64,000 nt of DNA, from the NCBI RefSeq assembly GCF_009914755.1, contig NC_060933.1. One strand, 5' to 3'. Under the pieces are notes generated by a model, which was not told the DNA's origin, did not search any database, and worked only from the letters and a program-made list of their open reading frames with translations. A program made the position numbers and the translations under genes. This DNA is from the human T2T-CHM13v2.0 reference genome, Homo sapiens. The stretch's first letter is position 1. Each line of letters starts with the position of its first letter. Positions 11,489 to 24,600 of this stretch are shown piece by piece.

Positions 11489-14400
11489 CATTCTCAGAAA
11501 CTTCCTTGTGATGTGTGTACTCAAGTAACAGAGTTGAACCTTCCTTTTGACAGAGCAGTTTTGAAGCACTCTTTTTGTAGAATCTGCAAGTGGATATTTT
11601 GATACCTTTGAGGATTTCGTTGGACACGGGATATCTTCATATAAAATCTAGACAGAAGCATTCTCAGAAACTTCTTTGTGCTGTATGTCCTCAATTAACA
11701 GAGTTGAACCTTTGTGTGGATACAGCATTTTGGAAACATTCCTTTAGTAGAATCTGCAAGTTGATATTTAGATAGCTACGAAGATTTCCTTGGAAACGGG
11801 AATATCTTCATATAAAATCTAGACGGAAGCATTCTCAGAAAGTGCTTTGTGATGTTTGCATTCAAGTCACAGAGTTGAATATTCCCTTTTATAGAGCAGG
11901 TTTGAAACACTCTTTCTGCACTACCTGGAAGTGGACATTTGGAGCGCTTTGAGGCCTATGTTGAAAAAGGAAATATCTTCCCATAAAAACTAGACAGAAG
12001 CATTCTCAGAAACTTGTTTGTGATGTGTGTATTCAACTAACAGAGATGAACCTTTCTTTTTACAGAGCAGTTTTGAAACACTCTTTTTGTGGAATCTGAA
12101 AGTGGATATTTGGATAGCTTTGAGGATTTCGTTGGAAACGGGATTACATATAAAACCTAGAGAGAAGCATTCTCAGGAACTTCTTTGTGATGTTTGCCTT
12201 GAAGTCACAGGACTGAACATTCCCTTTCATAGAGCAGGTTTGAAACACTCTTTCTGTAGTATCTGCAAGCTGACGTTTCAAGCGCTTTCAGGCCTATGGT
12301 GAGAAAGGAAATATCTTCAAGTAAAAACTAGACAGAAGCATTCTCAGAAACTTATTTGCCATGTGTGTTCTCAACTAACAGAGATGAACCTTTGTTTTGA
12401 TACGGCATTTTGGAAACACTCTTTTTGTAGAATCTGCAGGTGGATATTCGGATAGCTTTGAAGGTTTCGTTGGAAACGGGAATATCTTCATATAAAATAT
12501 AGACGGAAGCATTCTCAGAAACTGCTTTGTGATGTTTTCATTCAAGTCACAGAGTAGAATGTTCCCTGTTATATACCAGGTTTGAGACACTCTTTCTGCA
12601 CTACCTGGAAGTGGACGTTTGGAGCGCTTTGAGGCCTATGTTGAAAAAGGAAATATCTTCCCATAAACACTAGACAGAAGCATTCTCAGAAACTTGTTTG
12701 TGATGTGTGTATTCAACTAACAGAGATGAACCTTTCTTTTTACAGAGCAGTTTTGAAACACTCTTTTTGTGGAATCTGAAAGTGGATATTTGGATAGCTT
12801 TGAGGATTTCGTTGGAAACGGGATTACATATAAAACCTAGGGAGAAGCATTCTCAGGAACTTCTTTGTGATGTTTGCATTCAAGTCACAGAACTGAACAT
12901 TCCCTTTCATAGAGCAGGTTTGAAACACTCTTTCTGTAGTATCTGCAAGTGTACGTTTCAAGCGCTTTCAGGCCTGTGGTGAAAAAGGAAATATCTTCAA
13001 ATGAAAACTAGACAGAAGCATTCTCAGAAACTTATTTGCGATGTGTGTTCTCAGCTAACAGAGTTGAACCTTTGTTTTGATACAGCATTTTGGAAACACC
13101 CTTTTTGTAGGATCTGCAGGTGGATATTTGGATAGCTTTGAAGGTTTCTTTGGAAACGGGAATATCTTCATATAAAATCAACACAGAAGCATTCTCAGAA
13201 ACTTCTCTGCGATGTTTGCATTCAACTCATAGAGTTGAACACTTCCTTTCATAGAGCTGGTTTGAAATACTCTTTTTGTAATATTTGGAAGTGGACATTG
13301 GCAGCGCTTTGAAGCCTATGGTGAAAAAGGAGATATCTTCTCCTAAAAACCAGACAGAAGCATTCTCAGAATCTTTCTTGTGATGTGTGTACTCAAGTAA
13401 CAGAGTTGAACCTTCATTTTGACAGAGCAGTTTTGAAGCACTCTTTTTGTAGAATCTGCAAGTGGATATTTTGATACCTTTGAGGATTTCGTTAGATACG
13501 GGATATCTTCAAATAAAATCTAGACAAAAGCATTCTCAGAAACTTCTTTGTGCTGTATGTCCTCAATTAACAGAGTTGAACCTTTGTGTGGATACAGCAT
13601 TTTGGAAACATTCCTTTAGTAGAATCTGCAAGTTGATATTTAGATAGCTAGGAAGATTTCCTTGGAAACGGGAATATCTTCATATAAAATCTAGACGGAA
13701 GCATTCTCAGAAAGTGCTTTGTGATGTTTGCATTCAAGTCACAGAGTTGAATATTCCCTTTTATAGAGCAGGTTTGAAACACTCTTTCTGCACTACCTGG
13801 AAGTGGACATTTGGAGCGCTTTGAGGCCTATGTTGAAAAAGGAAATATCTTCCCATAAAAACTAGACAGAAGCATTCTCAGAAACTTGTTTGTGATGTGT
13901 GTATTCAACTAACAGAGATGAACCTTTCTTTTTACAGAGCAGTTTTGAAACACTCTTTTTGTGGAATCTGAAAGTGGATATTTGGATAGCTTTGAGGATT
14001 TCGTTGGAAACGGGATTACATATAAAACCTAGAGAGAAGCATTCTCAGGAACTTCTTTGTGATGTTTGCCTTGAAGTCACAGGACTGAACATTCCCTTTC
14101 ATAGAGCAGGTTTGAAACACTCTTTCTGTAGTATCTGCAAGCTGACGTTTCAAGCGCTTTCAGGCCTATGGTGAGAAAGGAAATATCTTCAAGTATAAAC
14201 TAGACAGAAGCATTCTCAGAAACTTATTTGCCATGTGTGTTCTCAACTAACAGAGATGAACCTTTGTTTTGATACGGCATTTTGGAAACACTCTTTTTGT
14301 AGAATCTGCAGGTGGATATTCGGATAGCTTTGAAGGTTTCGTTGGAAACGGGAATATCTTCATATAAAATCTAGACGGAAGCATTCTCAGAAACTGCTTT

Positions 14401-15232
14401 GTGATGTTTTCATTCAAGTCACAGAGTAGAATGTTCCCTGTTATATACCAGGTTTGAGACACTCTTTCTGCACTACCTGGAAGTGGACGTTTGGAGCGCT
14501 TTGAGGCCTATGTTGAAAAAGGAAATATCTTCCCATAAACACTAGACAGAAGCATTCTCAGAAACTTGTTTGTGATGTGTGTATTCAACTAACAGAGATG
14601 AACCTTTCTTTTTACAGAGCAGTTTTGAAACACTCTTTTTGTGGAATCTGAAAGTGGATATTTGGATAGCTTTGAGGATTTCGTTGGAAACGGGATTACA
14701 TATAAAATCTAGGGAGAAGCATTCTCAGGAACTTCTTTGTGATGTTTGCATTCAAGTCACAGAACTGAACATTCCCTTTCATAGAGCAGGTTTGAAACAC
14801 TCTTTCTGTAGTATCTGCAAGTGTACGTTTCAAGCGCTTTCAGGCCTGTGGTGAAAAAGGAAATATCTTCAAATAAAAACTAGACAGAAGCATTCTCAGA
14901 AACTTATTTGCGATGTGTGTTCTCAGCTAACAGAGTTGAACCTTTGTTTTGATACAGCATTTTGGAAACACCCTTTTTGTAGGATCTGCAGGTGGATATT
15001 TGGATAGCTTTGAAGGTTTCTTTGGAAACGGGAATATCTTCATATAAAATCAACACAGAAGCATTCTCAGAAACTTCTCTGCGATGTTTGCATTCAACTC
15101 ATAGAGTTGAACACTTCCTTTCATAGAGCTGGTTTGAAATACTCTTTTTGTAATATTTGGAAGTGGACATTGGCAGCGCTTTGAAGCCTACGGTGAAAAA
15201 GGAGATATCTTCTCCTAAAAACCAGACAGAAG
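11489..15232 (+). repeat. Two tandem 11-mer HOR variants (1872 bp each)
   Basis: Marker ORFs at 11590, 13462 and 15334. Confidence 0.92.
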
Positions 15233-17784
15233 CATTCTCAGAATCTTTCTTGTGATGTGTGTACTCAAGTAACAGAGTTGAACCTTCATTTTGACAGAGC
15301 AGTTTTGAAGCACTCTTTTTGTAGAATCTGCAAGTGGATATTTTGATACCTTTGAGGATTTCGTTAGATACGGGATATCTTCAAATAAAATCTAGACAAA
15401 AGCATTCTCAGAAACTTCTTTGTGCTGTATGTCCTCAATTAACAGAGTTGAACCTTTGTGTGGATACAGCATTTTGGAAACATTCCTTTAGTAGAATCTG
15501 CAAGTTGATATTTAGATAGCTAGGAAGATTTCCTTGGAAACGGGAATATCTTCATATAAAATCTAGACGGAAGCATTCTCAGAAAGTGCTTTGTGATGTT
15601 TGCATTCAAGTCACAGAGTTGAATATTCCCTTTTATAGAGCAGGTTTGAAACACTCTTTCTGCACTACCTGGAAGTGGACATTTGGAGCGCTTTGAGGCC
15701 TATGTTGAAAAAGGAAATATCTTCCCATAAAAACTAGACAGAAGCATTCTCAGAAACTTGTTTGTGATGTGTGTATTCAACTAACAGAGATGAACCTTTC
15801 TTTTTACAGAGCAGTTTTGAAACACTCTTTTTGTGGTATCTGAAAGTGGATATTTGGATAGCTTTGAGGATTTTGTTGGAAACGGGATTACATATAAAAC
15901 CTAGAGAGAAGCATTCTCAGGAACTTCTTTGTGATGTTTGCATTCAAGTCACAGAACTGAACATTCCCTTTCATAGAGCAGGTTTGAAACACTCTTTCTG
16001 TAGTATCTGCAAGCTGACGTTTCAAGCGCTTTCAGGCCTATGGTGAGAAAGGAAATATCTTCAAGTAAAAACTAGACAGAAGCATTCTCAGAAACTTATT
16101 TGCGATGTGTGTTCTCAACTAACAGAGTTGAACCTTTGTTTTGATATGGCATTATGGAAACACTCTTTTTGTAGAATCTGCAGGTGGATATTCGGATAGC
16201 TTTGAAGGTTTCGTTGGAAACGGGAATATCTTCATATAAAATCTAGACGGAAGCATTCTCAGAAACTGCTTCGTGATGTTTTCATTCAAGTCACAGAGTA
16301 GAATGTTCCCTGTTATATACCAGGTTTGAGACACTCTTTCTGCACTACCTGGAAGTGGACATTTGGAGCGCTTTGAGGCCTATGATGAAAAAGGAAATAT
16401 CTTCCCATAAAAACTAGACAGAAGCATTCTCAGAAACTTGTTTGTGATGTGTGTATTCAACTAACAGAGATGAACCTTTCTTTTTACAGAGCAGTTTTGA
16501 AACACTCTTTTTGTGGAATCTGAAAGTGGATATTTGGATAGCTTTGAGGATTTCGATGGAAACGGGATTACATATAAAATCTAGAGAGAAGCATTCTCAG
16601 GAACTTCTTTGTGATGTTTGCATTCACGTCACAGAACTGAACATTCCCTTTCATAGAGCATGTTTGAAACACTCTTTCTGTAGTATCTGCAAACGGACAT
16701 TTCAAACGCTTTCAGGCCTATGGTGAGAAAGGAAATATCTTCAAATAAAAACTAGACAGAAGCATTCTCAGAAACTTATTTGCGATGTGTGTCCTCAACT
16801 AACAGAGTTGAACCTTTCTTTTGATACAACATTTTGGAAACACTCTTTTTGTAGAATCTGCAAGTGGATATTTGAATAGCTTTGAAGGTTTCGTTGGAAA
16901 CGGGAATATCTTCATATAAAATCAAGACAGAAGCATTCTCAGAAACTTCTCTGTGATGTTTGCATTCAACTCATAGAGTTGAACACTTCCCTTCATACAG
17001 CAGGTTTGAAACACTCTTTTTGTAATATTTGGAAGTGGACATTTGCAGCGCTTTGAGGCCTATGATGAAAAAGGTAATATCTTCCCATAAAAACTAGACA
17101 GAAGCATTCTCAGAAACTTGTTTGTGATGTGTGTATTCAACTAACAGAGATGAACCTTTCTTTTTACAGAGCAGTTTTGAAACACTCTTTTTGTGGAATC
17201 TGAAAGTGGATATTTGGATAGCTTTGCGGATTTCGTTGGAAACGGGATTACATATAAAATCTAGGGAGAAGCATTCTCAGGAACTTCTTTGTGATGTTTG
17301 CATTCAAGTCACAGAACTGAACATTCCCTTTCATAGAGCAGGTTTGAAACACTCTTTCTGTAGTATCTGCAAGCGGACGTTTTAAGCGCTTTCAGGCCTG
17401 TGGTGAGAAAGGAAATATCTTCAAATAAAAACTAGACAGAAGCATTCTCAGAAACTTATTTGCGATGTGTGTCCTCAACTAACAGAGTTGAACCTTTCTT
17501 TTGATACAACATTTTGGAAACACTCTTTTTGTAGAATCTGCAAGTGGATATTTGGATAGCTTTGAAGGTTTCGTTGGAAACGGGAATATCTTCATATGAA
17601 ATCAAGACAGAAGCATTCTCAGAAACTTCTCTGTGATGTTTGCATTCAACTCATAGAGTTGAACACTTCCCTTCATACAGCAGGTTTGAAACACTCTTTT
17701 TCTAATATTTGGAAGTGGACATTTGCAGCGCTTTGAGGCCTATGTTGAAAAAGGAAATATCTTCTCCTAAAAACCAGACAGAAG

Positions 17785-18296
17785 CATTCTCAGAAACTTC
17801 CTTGTGATGTGTGTACTCAAGTAACAGAGTTGAACCTTCCTTTTGACAGAGCAGTTTTGAAGCACTCTTTTTGTAGAATCTGCAAGTGGATATTTTGATA
17901 CCTTTGAGGATTTCGTTGGACACGGGATATCTTCATATAAAATCTAGACAGAAGCATTCTCAGAAACTTCTTTGTGCTGTATGTCCTCAATTAACAGAGT
18001 TGAACCTTTGTGTGGATACAGCATTTTGGAAACATTCCTTTAGTAGAATCTGCAAGTTGATATTTAGATAGCTAGGAAGATTTCCTTGGAAACGGGAATA
18101 TCTTCATATAAAATCTAGACGGAAGCATTCTCAGAAAGTGCTTTGTGATGTTTGCATTCAAGTCACAGAGTTGAATATTCCCTTTTATAGAGCAGGTTTG
18201 AAACACTCTTTCTGCACTACCTGGAAGTGGACATTTGGAGCGCTTTGAGGCCTATGTTGAAAAAGGAAATATCTTCCCATAAAAACTAGACAGAAG
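17785..18296 (+). repeat. Example 512-bp trimer module (T1 170 bp B, T2 171 bp B with broken box, T3 171 bp A)
   Basis: Diagnostic starts AAACTTCCTTGTG, AAACTTCTTTGTGCTGTATG and AAAGTGCTTTGTG. 1192 minus 680 gives the 512-bp offset seen in the ORF track. Confidence 0.93.
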
Positions 18297-21200
18297 CATT
18301 CTCAGAAACTTGTTTGTGATGTGTGTATTCAACTAACAGAGATGAACCTTTCTTTTTACAGAGCAGTTTTGAAACACTCTTTTTGTGGAATCTGAAAGTG
18401 GATATTTGGATAGCTTTGAGGATTTCGTTGGAAACGGGATTACATATAAAACCTAGAGAGAAGCATTCTCAGGAAATTCTTTGTGATGTTTGCCTTCAAG
18501 TCACAGGACTGAACATTCCCTTTCATAGAGCAGGTTTGAAACACTCTTTCTGTAGTATCTGCAAGCTGACGTTTCAAGCGCTTTCAGGCCTATGGTGAGA
18601 AAGGAAATATCTTCAAGTAAAAACTAGACAGAAGCATTCTCAGAAACTTATTTGCCATGTGTGTTCTCAACTAACAGAGTTGAACCTTTGTTTTGATACG
18701 GCATTTTGGAAACACTCTTTTTGTAGAATCTGCAGGTGGATATTCGGATAGCTTTGAACGTTTCGTTGGAAACGGGAATATCTTCATATAAAATCTAGAC
18801 GGAAGCATTCTCAGAAACTGCTTTGTGATGTTTTCATTCAAGTCACAGAGTAGAATGTTCCCTGTTATATACCAGGTTTGAGACACTCTTTCTGCACTAC
18901 CTGGAAGTGGACGTTTGGAGCGCTTTGAGGCCTATGTTGAAAAAGGAAATATCTTCCCATAAAAACTAGACAGAAGCATTCTCAGAAACTTGTTTGTGAT
19001 GTGTGTATTCAACTAACAGAGATGAACCTTTCTTTTTACAGAGCAGTTTTGAAACACTCTTTTTGTGGAATCTGAAAGTGGATATTTGGATAGCTTTGAG
19101 GATTTCGTTGGAAACGGGATTACATATAAAACCTAGAGAGAAGCATTCTCAGGAACTTCTTTGTGATGTTTGCATTCAAGTCACAGAACTGAACATTCCC
19201 TTTCATAGAGCAGGTTTGAAACACTCTTTCTGTAGTATCTGCAAGCTGACGTTTCAAGCGCTTTCAGGCCTATGGTGACAAAGGAAATATCTTCAAGTAA
19301 AAACTAGACAGAAGCATTCTCAGAAACTTATTTGCGATGTGTGTTCTCAACTAACAGAGTTGAACCTTTGTTTTGATATGGCATTTTGGAAACATTCTTT
19401 TTGTAGAATCTGCAGGTGGATATTCGGATAGCTTTGAAGGTTTCGTTGGAAACGGGAATATCTTCATATAAAATCTAGACGGAAGCATTCTCAGAAACTG
19501 CTTTGTGATGTTTTCATTCAAGTCACAGAGTAGAATGTTCCCTGTTATATACCAGGTTTGAGACACTCTTTCTGCACTACCTGGAAGTGGACATTTGCAG
19601 CGCTTTGAGGCCTATGATGAAAAAGGAAATATCTTCCCATAAAAACTAGACAGAAGCATTCTCAGAAACTTGTTTGTGATGTGTGTATTCAACTAACAGA
19701 GATGAACCTTTCTTTTTACAGAGCAGTTTTGAAACACTCTTTTTGTGGAATCTGAAAGTGGATATTTGGATAGCTTTGAGGATTTCGTTGGAAACGGGAT
19801 TACATATAAAATCTAGAGAGAAGCATTCTCAGGAACTTCTTTGTGATGTTTGCATTCACGTCACAGAACTGAACATTCCCTTTCATAGAGCATGTTTGAA
19901 ACACTCTTTCTGTAGTATCTGCAAACGGCCATTTCAAACGCTTTCAGGCCTATGGTGAGAAAGGAAATATCTTCAAATGAAAACTAGACAGAAGCATTCT
20001 CAGAAACTTATTTGCGATGTGTGTCCTCAACTAACAGAGTTGAACCTTTCTTTTGATACAACATTTTGGAAACACTCTTTTTGTAGGATCTGCAAGTGGA
20101 TATTTGAATAGCTTTGAAGGTTTCGTTGGAAACGGGAATATCTTCATATAAAATCAAGACAGAAGCATTCTCAGAAACTTCTCTGTGATGTTTGCATTCA
20201 ACTCATAGAGTTGAACGCTTCCCTTCATACAGCAGGTTTGAAACACTCTTTTTGTAATATTTGGAAGTGGACATTTGCAGCGCTTTGAGGCCTATGATGA
20301 AAAAGGTAATATCTTCCCATAAAAACTAGACAGAAGCATTCTCAGAAACTTGTTTGTGATGTGTGTATTCAACTAACAGAGATGAACCTTTCTTTTTACA
20401 GAGCAGTTTTGAAACACTCTTTTTGTGGAATCTGAAAGTGGATATTTGGATAGCTTTGCGGATTTCGTTGGAAACGGGATTACATATAAAATCTAGGGAG
20501 AAGCATTCTCAGGAACTTCTTTGTGATGTTTGCATTCAAGTCACAGAACTGAACATTCCCTTTCATAGAGCAGGTTTGAAACACTCTTTCTGTAGTATCT
20601 GCAAGCGGACGTTTTAAGCGCTTTCAGGCCTGTGGTGAGAAAGGAAATATCTTCAAATAAAAACTAGACAGAAGCATTCTCAGAAACTTATTTGCGATGT
20701 GTGTCCTCAACTAACAGAGTTGAACCTTTCTTTTGATACAACATTTTGGAAACACTCTTTTTGTAGAATCTGCAAGTGGATATTTGGATAGCTTTGAAGG
20801 TTTCGTTGGAAACGGGAATATCTTCATATGAAATCAAGACAGAAGCATTCTCAGAAACTTCTCTGTGATGTTTGCATTCAACTCATAGAGTTGAACACTT
20901 CCCTTCATACAGCAGGTTTGAAACACTCTTTTTGTAATATTTGGAAGTGGACATTTGCAGCGCTTTGATGCCTATGATGAAAAAGGTAATATCTTCCCAT
21001 AAAAACTAGACAGAAGCATTCTCAGAAACTTGTTTGTGATGTGTGTATTCAACTAACAGAGATGAACCTTTCTTTTTACAGAGCAGTTTTGAAACACTCT
21101 TTTTGTGGAATCTGAAAGTGGATATTTGGATAGCTTTGCGGATTTCGTTGGAAACGGGATTACATATAAAATCTAGGGAGAAGCATTCTCAGGAACTTCT

Positions 21201-21696
21201 TTGTGATGTTTGCATTCAAGTCACAGAACTGAACATTCCCTTTCATAGAGCAGGTTTGAAACACTCTTTCTGTAGTATCTGCAAGCGGACGTTTTAAGCG
21301 CTTTCAGGCCTGTGGTGAGAAAGGAAATATCTTCAAATAAAAACTAGACAGAAGCATTCTCAGAAACTTATTTGCGATGTGTGTCCTCAACTAACAGAGT
21401 TGAACCTTTCTTTTGATACAACATTTTGGAAACACTCTTTTTGTAGAATCTGCAAGTGGATATTTGGATAGCTTTGAAGGTTTCGTTGGAAACGGGAATA
21501 TCTTCATATGAAATCAAGACAGAAGCATTCTCAGAAACTTCTCTGTGATGTTTGCATTCAACTCATAGAGTTGAACACTTCCCTTCATACAGCAGGTTTG
21601 AAACACTCTTTTTCTAATATTTGGAAGTGGACATTTGCAGCGCTTTGAGGCCTATGTTGAAAAAGGAAATATCTTCTCCTAAAAACCAGACAGAAG
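17785..21696 (+). repeat. 23-mer HOR variant (3912 bp, five tetramers)
   Basis: Marker ORFs at 17886 and 21798. Tetramer ORFs at 18323, 19003, 19683, 20363 and 21043. Confidence 0.92.
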
Positions 21697-24600
21697 CATT
21701 CTCAGAAACTTCCTTGTGATGTGTGTACTCAAGTAACAGAGTTGAACCTTCCTTTTGACAGAGCAGTTTTGAAGCACTCTTTTTGTAGAATCTGCAAGTG
21801 GATATTTTGATACCTTTGAGGATTTCGTTGGACACGGGATATCTTCATATAAAATCTAGACAGAAGCATTCTCAGAAACTTCTTTGTGCTGTATGTCCTC
21901 AATTAACAGAGTTGAACCTTTGTGTGGATACAGCATTTTGGAAACATTCCTTTAGTAGAATCTGCAAGTTGATATTTAGATAGCTAGGAAGATTTCCTTG
22001 GAAACGGGAATATCTTCATATAAAATCTAGACGGAAGCATTCTCAGAAAGTGCTTTGTGATGTTTGCATTCAAGTCACAGAGTTGAATATTCCCTTTTAT
22101 AGAGCAGGTTTGAAACACTCTTTCTGCACTACCTGGAAGTGGACATTTGGAGGGCTTTGAGGCCTATGTTGAAAAACGAAATATCTTCCCATAAAAACTA
22201 GACAGAAGCATTCTCAGAAACTTGTTTGTGATGTGTGTATTCAACTAACAGAGATGAACCTTTCTTTTTACAGAGCAGTTTTGAAACACTCTTTTTGTGG
22301 AATCTGAAAGTGGATATTTGGATAGCTTTGAGGATTTCGTTGGAAACGGGATTACATATAAAACCTAGAGAGAAGCATTCTCAGGAACTTCTTTGTGATG
22401 TTTGCCTTCTAGTCACAGGACTGAACATTCCCTTTCATAGAGCAGGTTTGAAACACTCTTTCTGTAGTATCTGCAAGCTGACGTTTCAAGCGCTTTCAGG
22501 CCTATGGTGAGAAAGGAAATATCTTCAAGTAAAAACTAGACAGAAGCATTCTCAGAAACTTATTTGCCATGTGTGTTCTCAACTAACAGAGTTGAACCTT
22601 TGTTTTGATACGGCATTTTGGAAACACTCTTTTTGTAGAATCTGCAGGTGGATATTCGGATAGCTTTGAAGGTTTCGTTGGAAACGGGAATATCTTCATA
22701 TAAAATCTAGACGGAAGCATTCTCAGAAACTGCTTTGTGATGTTTTCATTCAAGTCACAGAGTAGAATCTTCCCTGTTATATACCAGGGTTCAGACACTC
22801 TTTCTGCACTACCTGGAAGTGGACATTTGCAGCGCTTTGAGGCCTATGATGAAAAAGGAAATATCTTCCCATAAAAACTAGACAGAAGCATTCTCAGAAA
22901 CTTGTTTGTGATGTGTGTATTCAACTAACAGAGATGAACCTTTCTTTTTACAGAGCAGTTTTGAAACACTCTTTTTGTGGAATCTGAAAGTGGATATTTG
23001 GATAGCTTTGAGGATTTCGTTGGAAACGGGATTACATATAAAATCTAGAGAGAAGCATTCTCAGGAACTTCTTTGTGATGTTTGCATTCACGTCACAGAG
23101 CTGAACATTCCCTTTCATAGAGCATGTTTGAAACACTCTTTCTGTAGTATCTGCAAACGGACATTTCAAACGCTTTCAGGCCTATGGTGAGAAAGGAAAT
23201 ATCTTCAAATAAAAACTAAACAGAAGCATTCTCAGAAACTTATTTGCGATGTGTGTCCTCAACTAACAGAGTTGAACCTTTCTTTTGATACAACATTTTG
23301 GAAACACTCTTTTTGTGGAATCTGCAAGTGGATATTTGTATAGCTTTGAAGATTTCGTTGGAAACGGGAATATCTTCATATAAAATCAAGACAGAAGCAT
23401 TCTCAGAAACTTCTCTGTGATGTTTGCATTCAACTCATAGAGTTGAACACTTCCCTTCATACAGCAGGTTTGAAACACTCTTTTTGTAATATTTGGAAGT
23501 GGACATTTGCAGCGCTTTGAGGCCTATGATGAAAAAGGTAATATCTTCCCATAAAAACTAGACAGAAGCATTCTCAGAAACTTGTTTGTGATGTGTGTAT
23601 TCAACTAACAGAGATGAACCTTTCTTTTTACAGAGCAGTTTTGAAACACTCTTTTTGTGGAATCTGAAAGTGGATATTTGGATAGCTTTGCGGATTTCGT
23701 TGGAAACGGGATTACATATAAAATCTAGGGAGAAGCATTCTCAGGAACTTCTTTGTGATGTTTGCATTCAAGTCACAGAACTGAACATTCCCTTTCATAG
23801 AGCAGGTTTGAAACACTCTTTCTGTAGTATCTGCAAGCGGACGTTTTAAGCGCTTTCAGGCCTGTGGTGAGAAAGGAAATATCTTCAAATAAAAACTAGA
23901 CAGAAGCATTCTCAGAAACTTATTTGCGATGTGTGTCCTCAACTAACAGAGTTGAACCTTTCTTTTGATACAACATTTTGGAAACACTCTTTTTGTAGAA
24001 TCTGCAAGTGGATATTTGGATAGCTTTGAAGGTTTCGTTGGAAACGGGAATATCTTCATATGAAATCAAGACAGAAGCATTCTCAGAAACTTCTCTGTGA
24101 TGTTTGCATTCAACTCATAGAGTTGAACACTTCCCTTCATACAGCAGGTTTGAAACACTCTTTTTCTAATATTTGGAAGTGGACATTTGCAGCGCTTTGA
24201 GGCCTATGTTGAAAAAGGAAATATCTTCTCCTAAAAACCAGACAGAAGCATTCTCAGAAACTTCCTTCTGATGTGTGTACTCAAGTAACAGAGTTGAACC
24301 TTCCTTTTGACAGAGCAGTTTTGAAGCACTCTTTTTGTAGAATCTGCAAGTGGATATTTTGATACCTTTGAGGATTTCGTTGGACACGGGATATCTTCAT
24401 ATAAAATCTAGACAGAAGCATTCTCAGAAACTTCTTTGTGCTGTATGTCCTCAATTAACAGAGTTGAACCTTTGTGTGGATACAGCATTTTGGAAACATT
24501 CCTTTAGTAGAATCTGCAAGTTGATATTTAGATAGCTAGGAAGATTTCCTTGGAAACGGGAATATCTTCATATAAAATCTAGACGGAAGCATTCTCAGAA

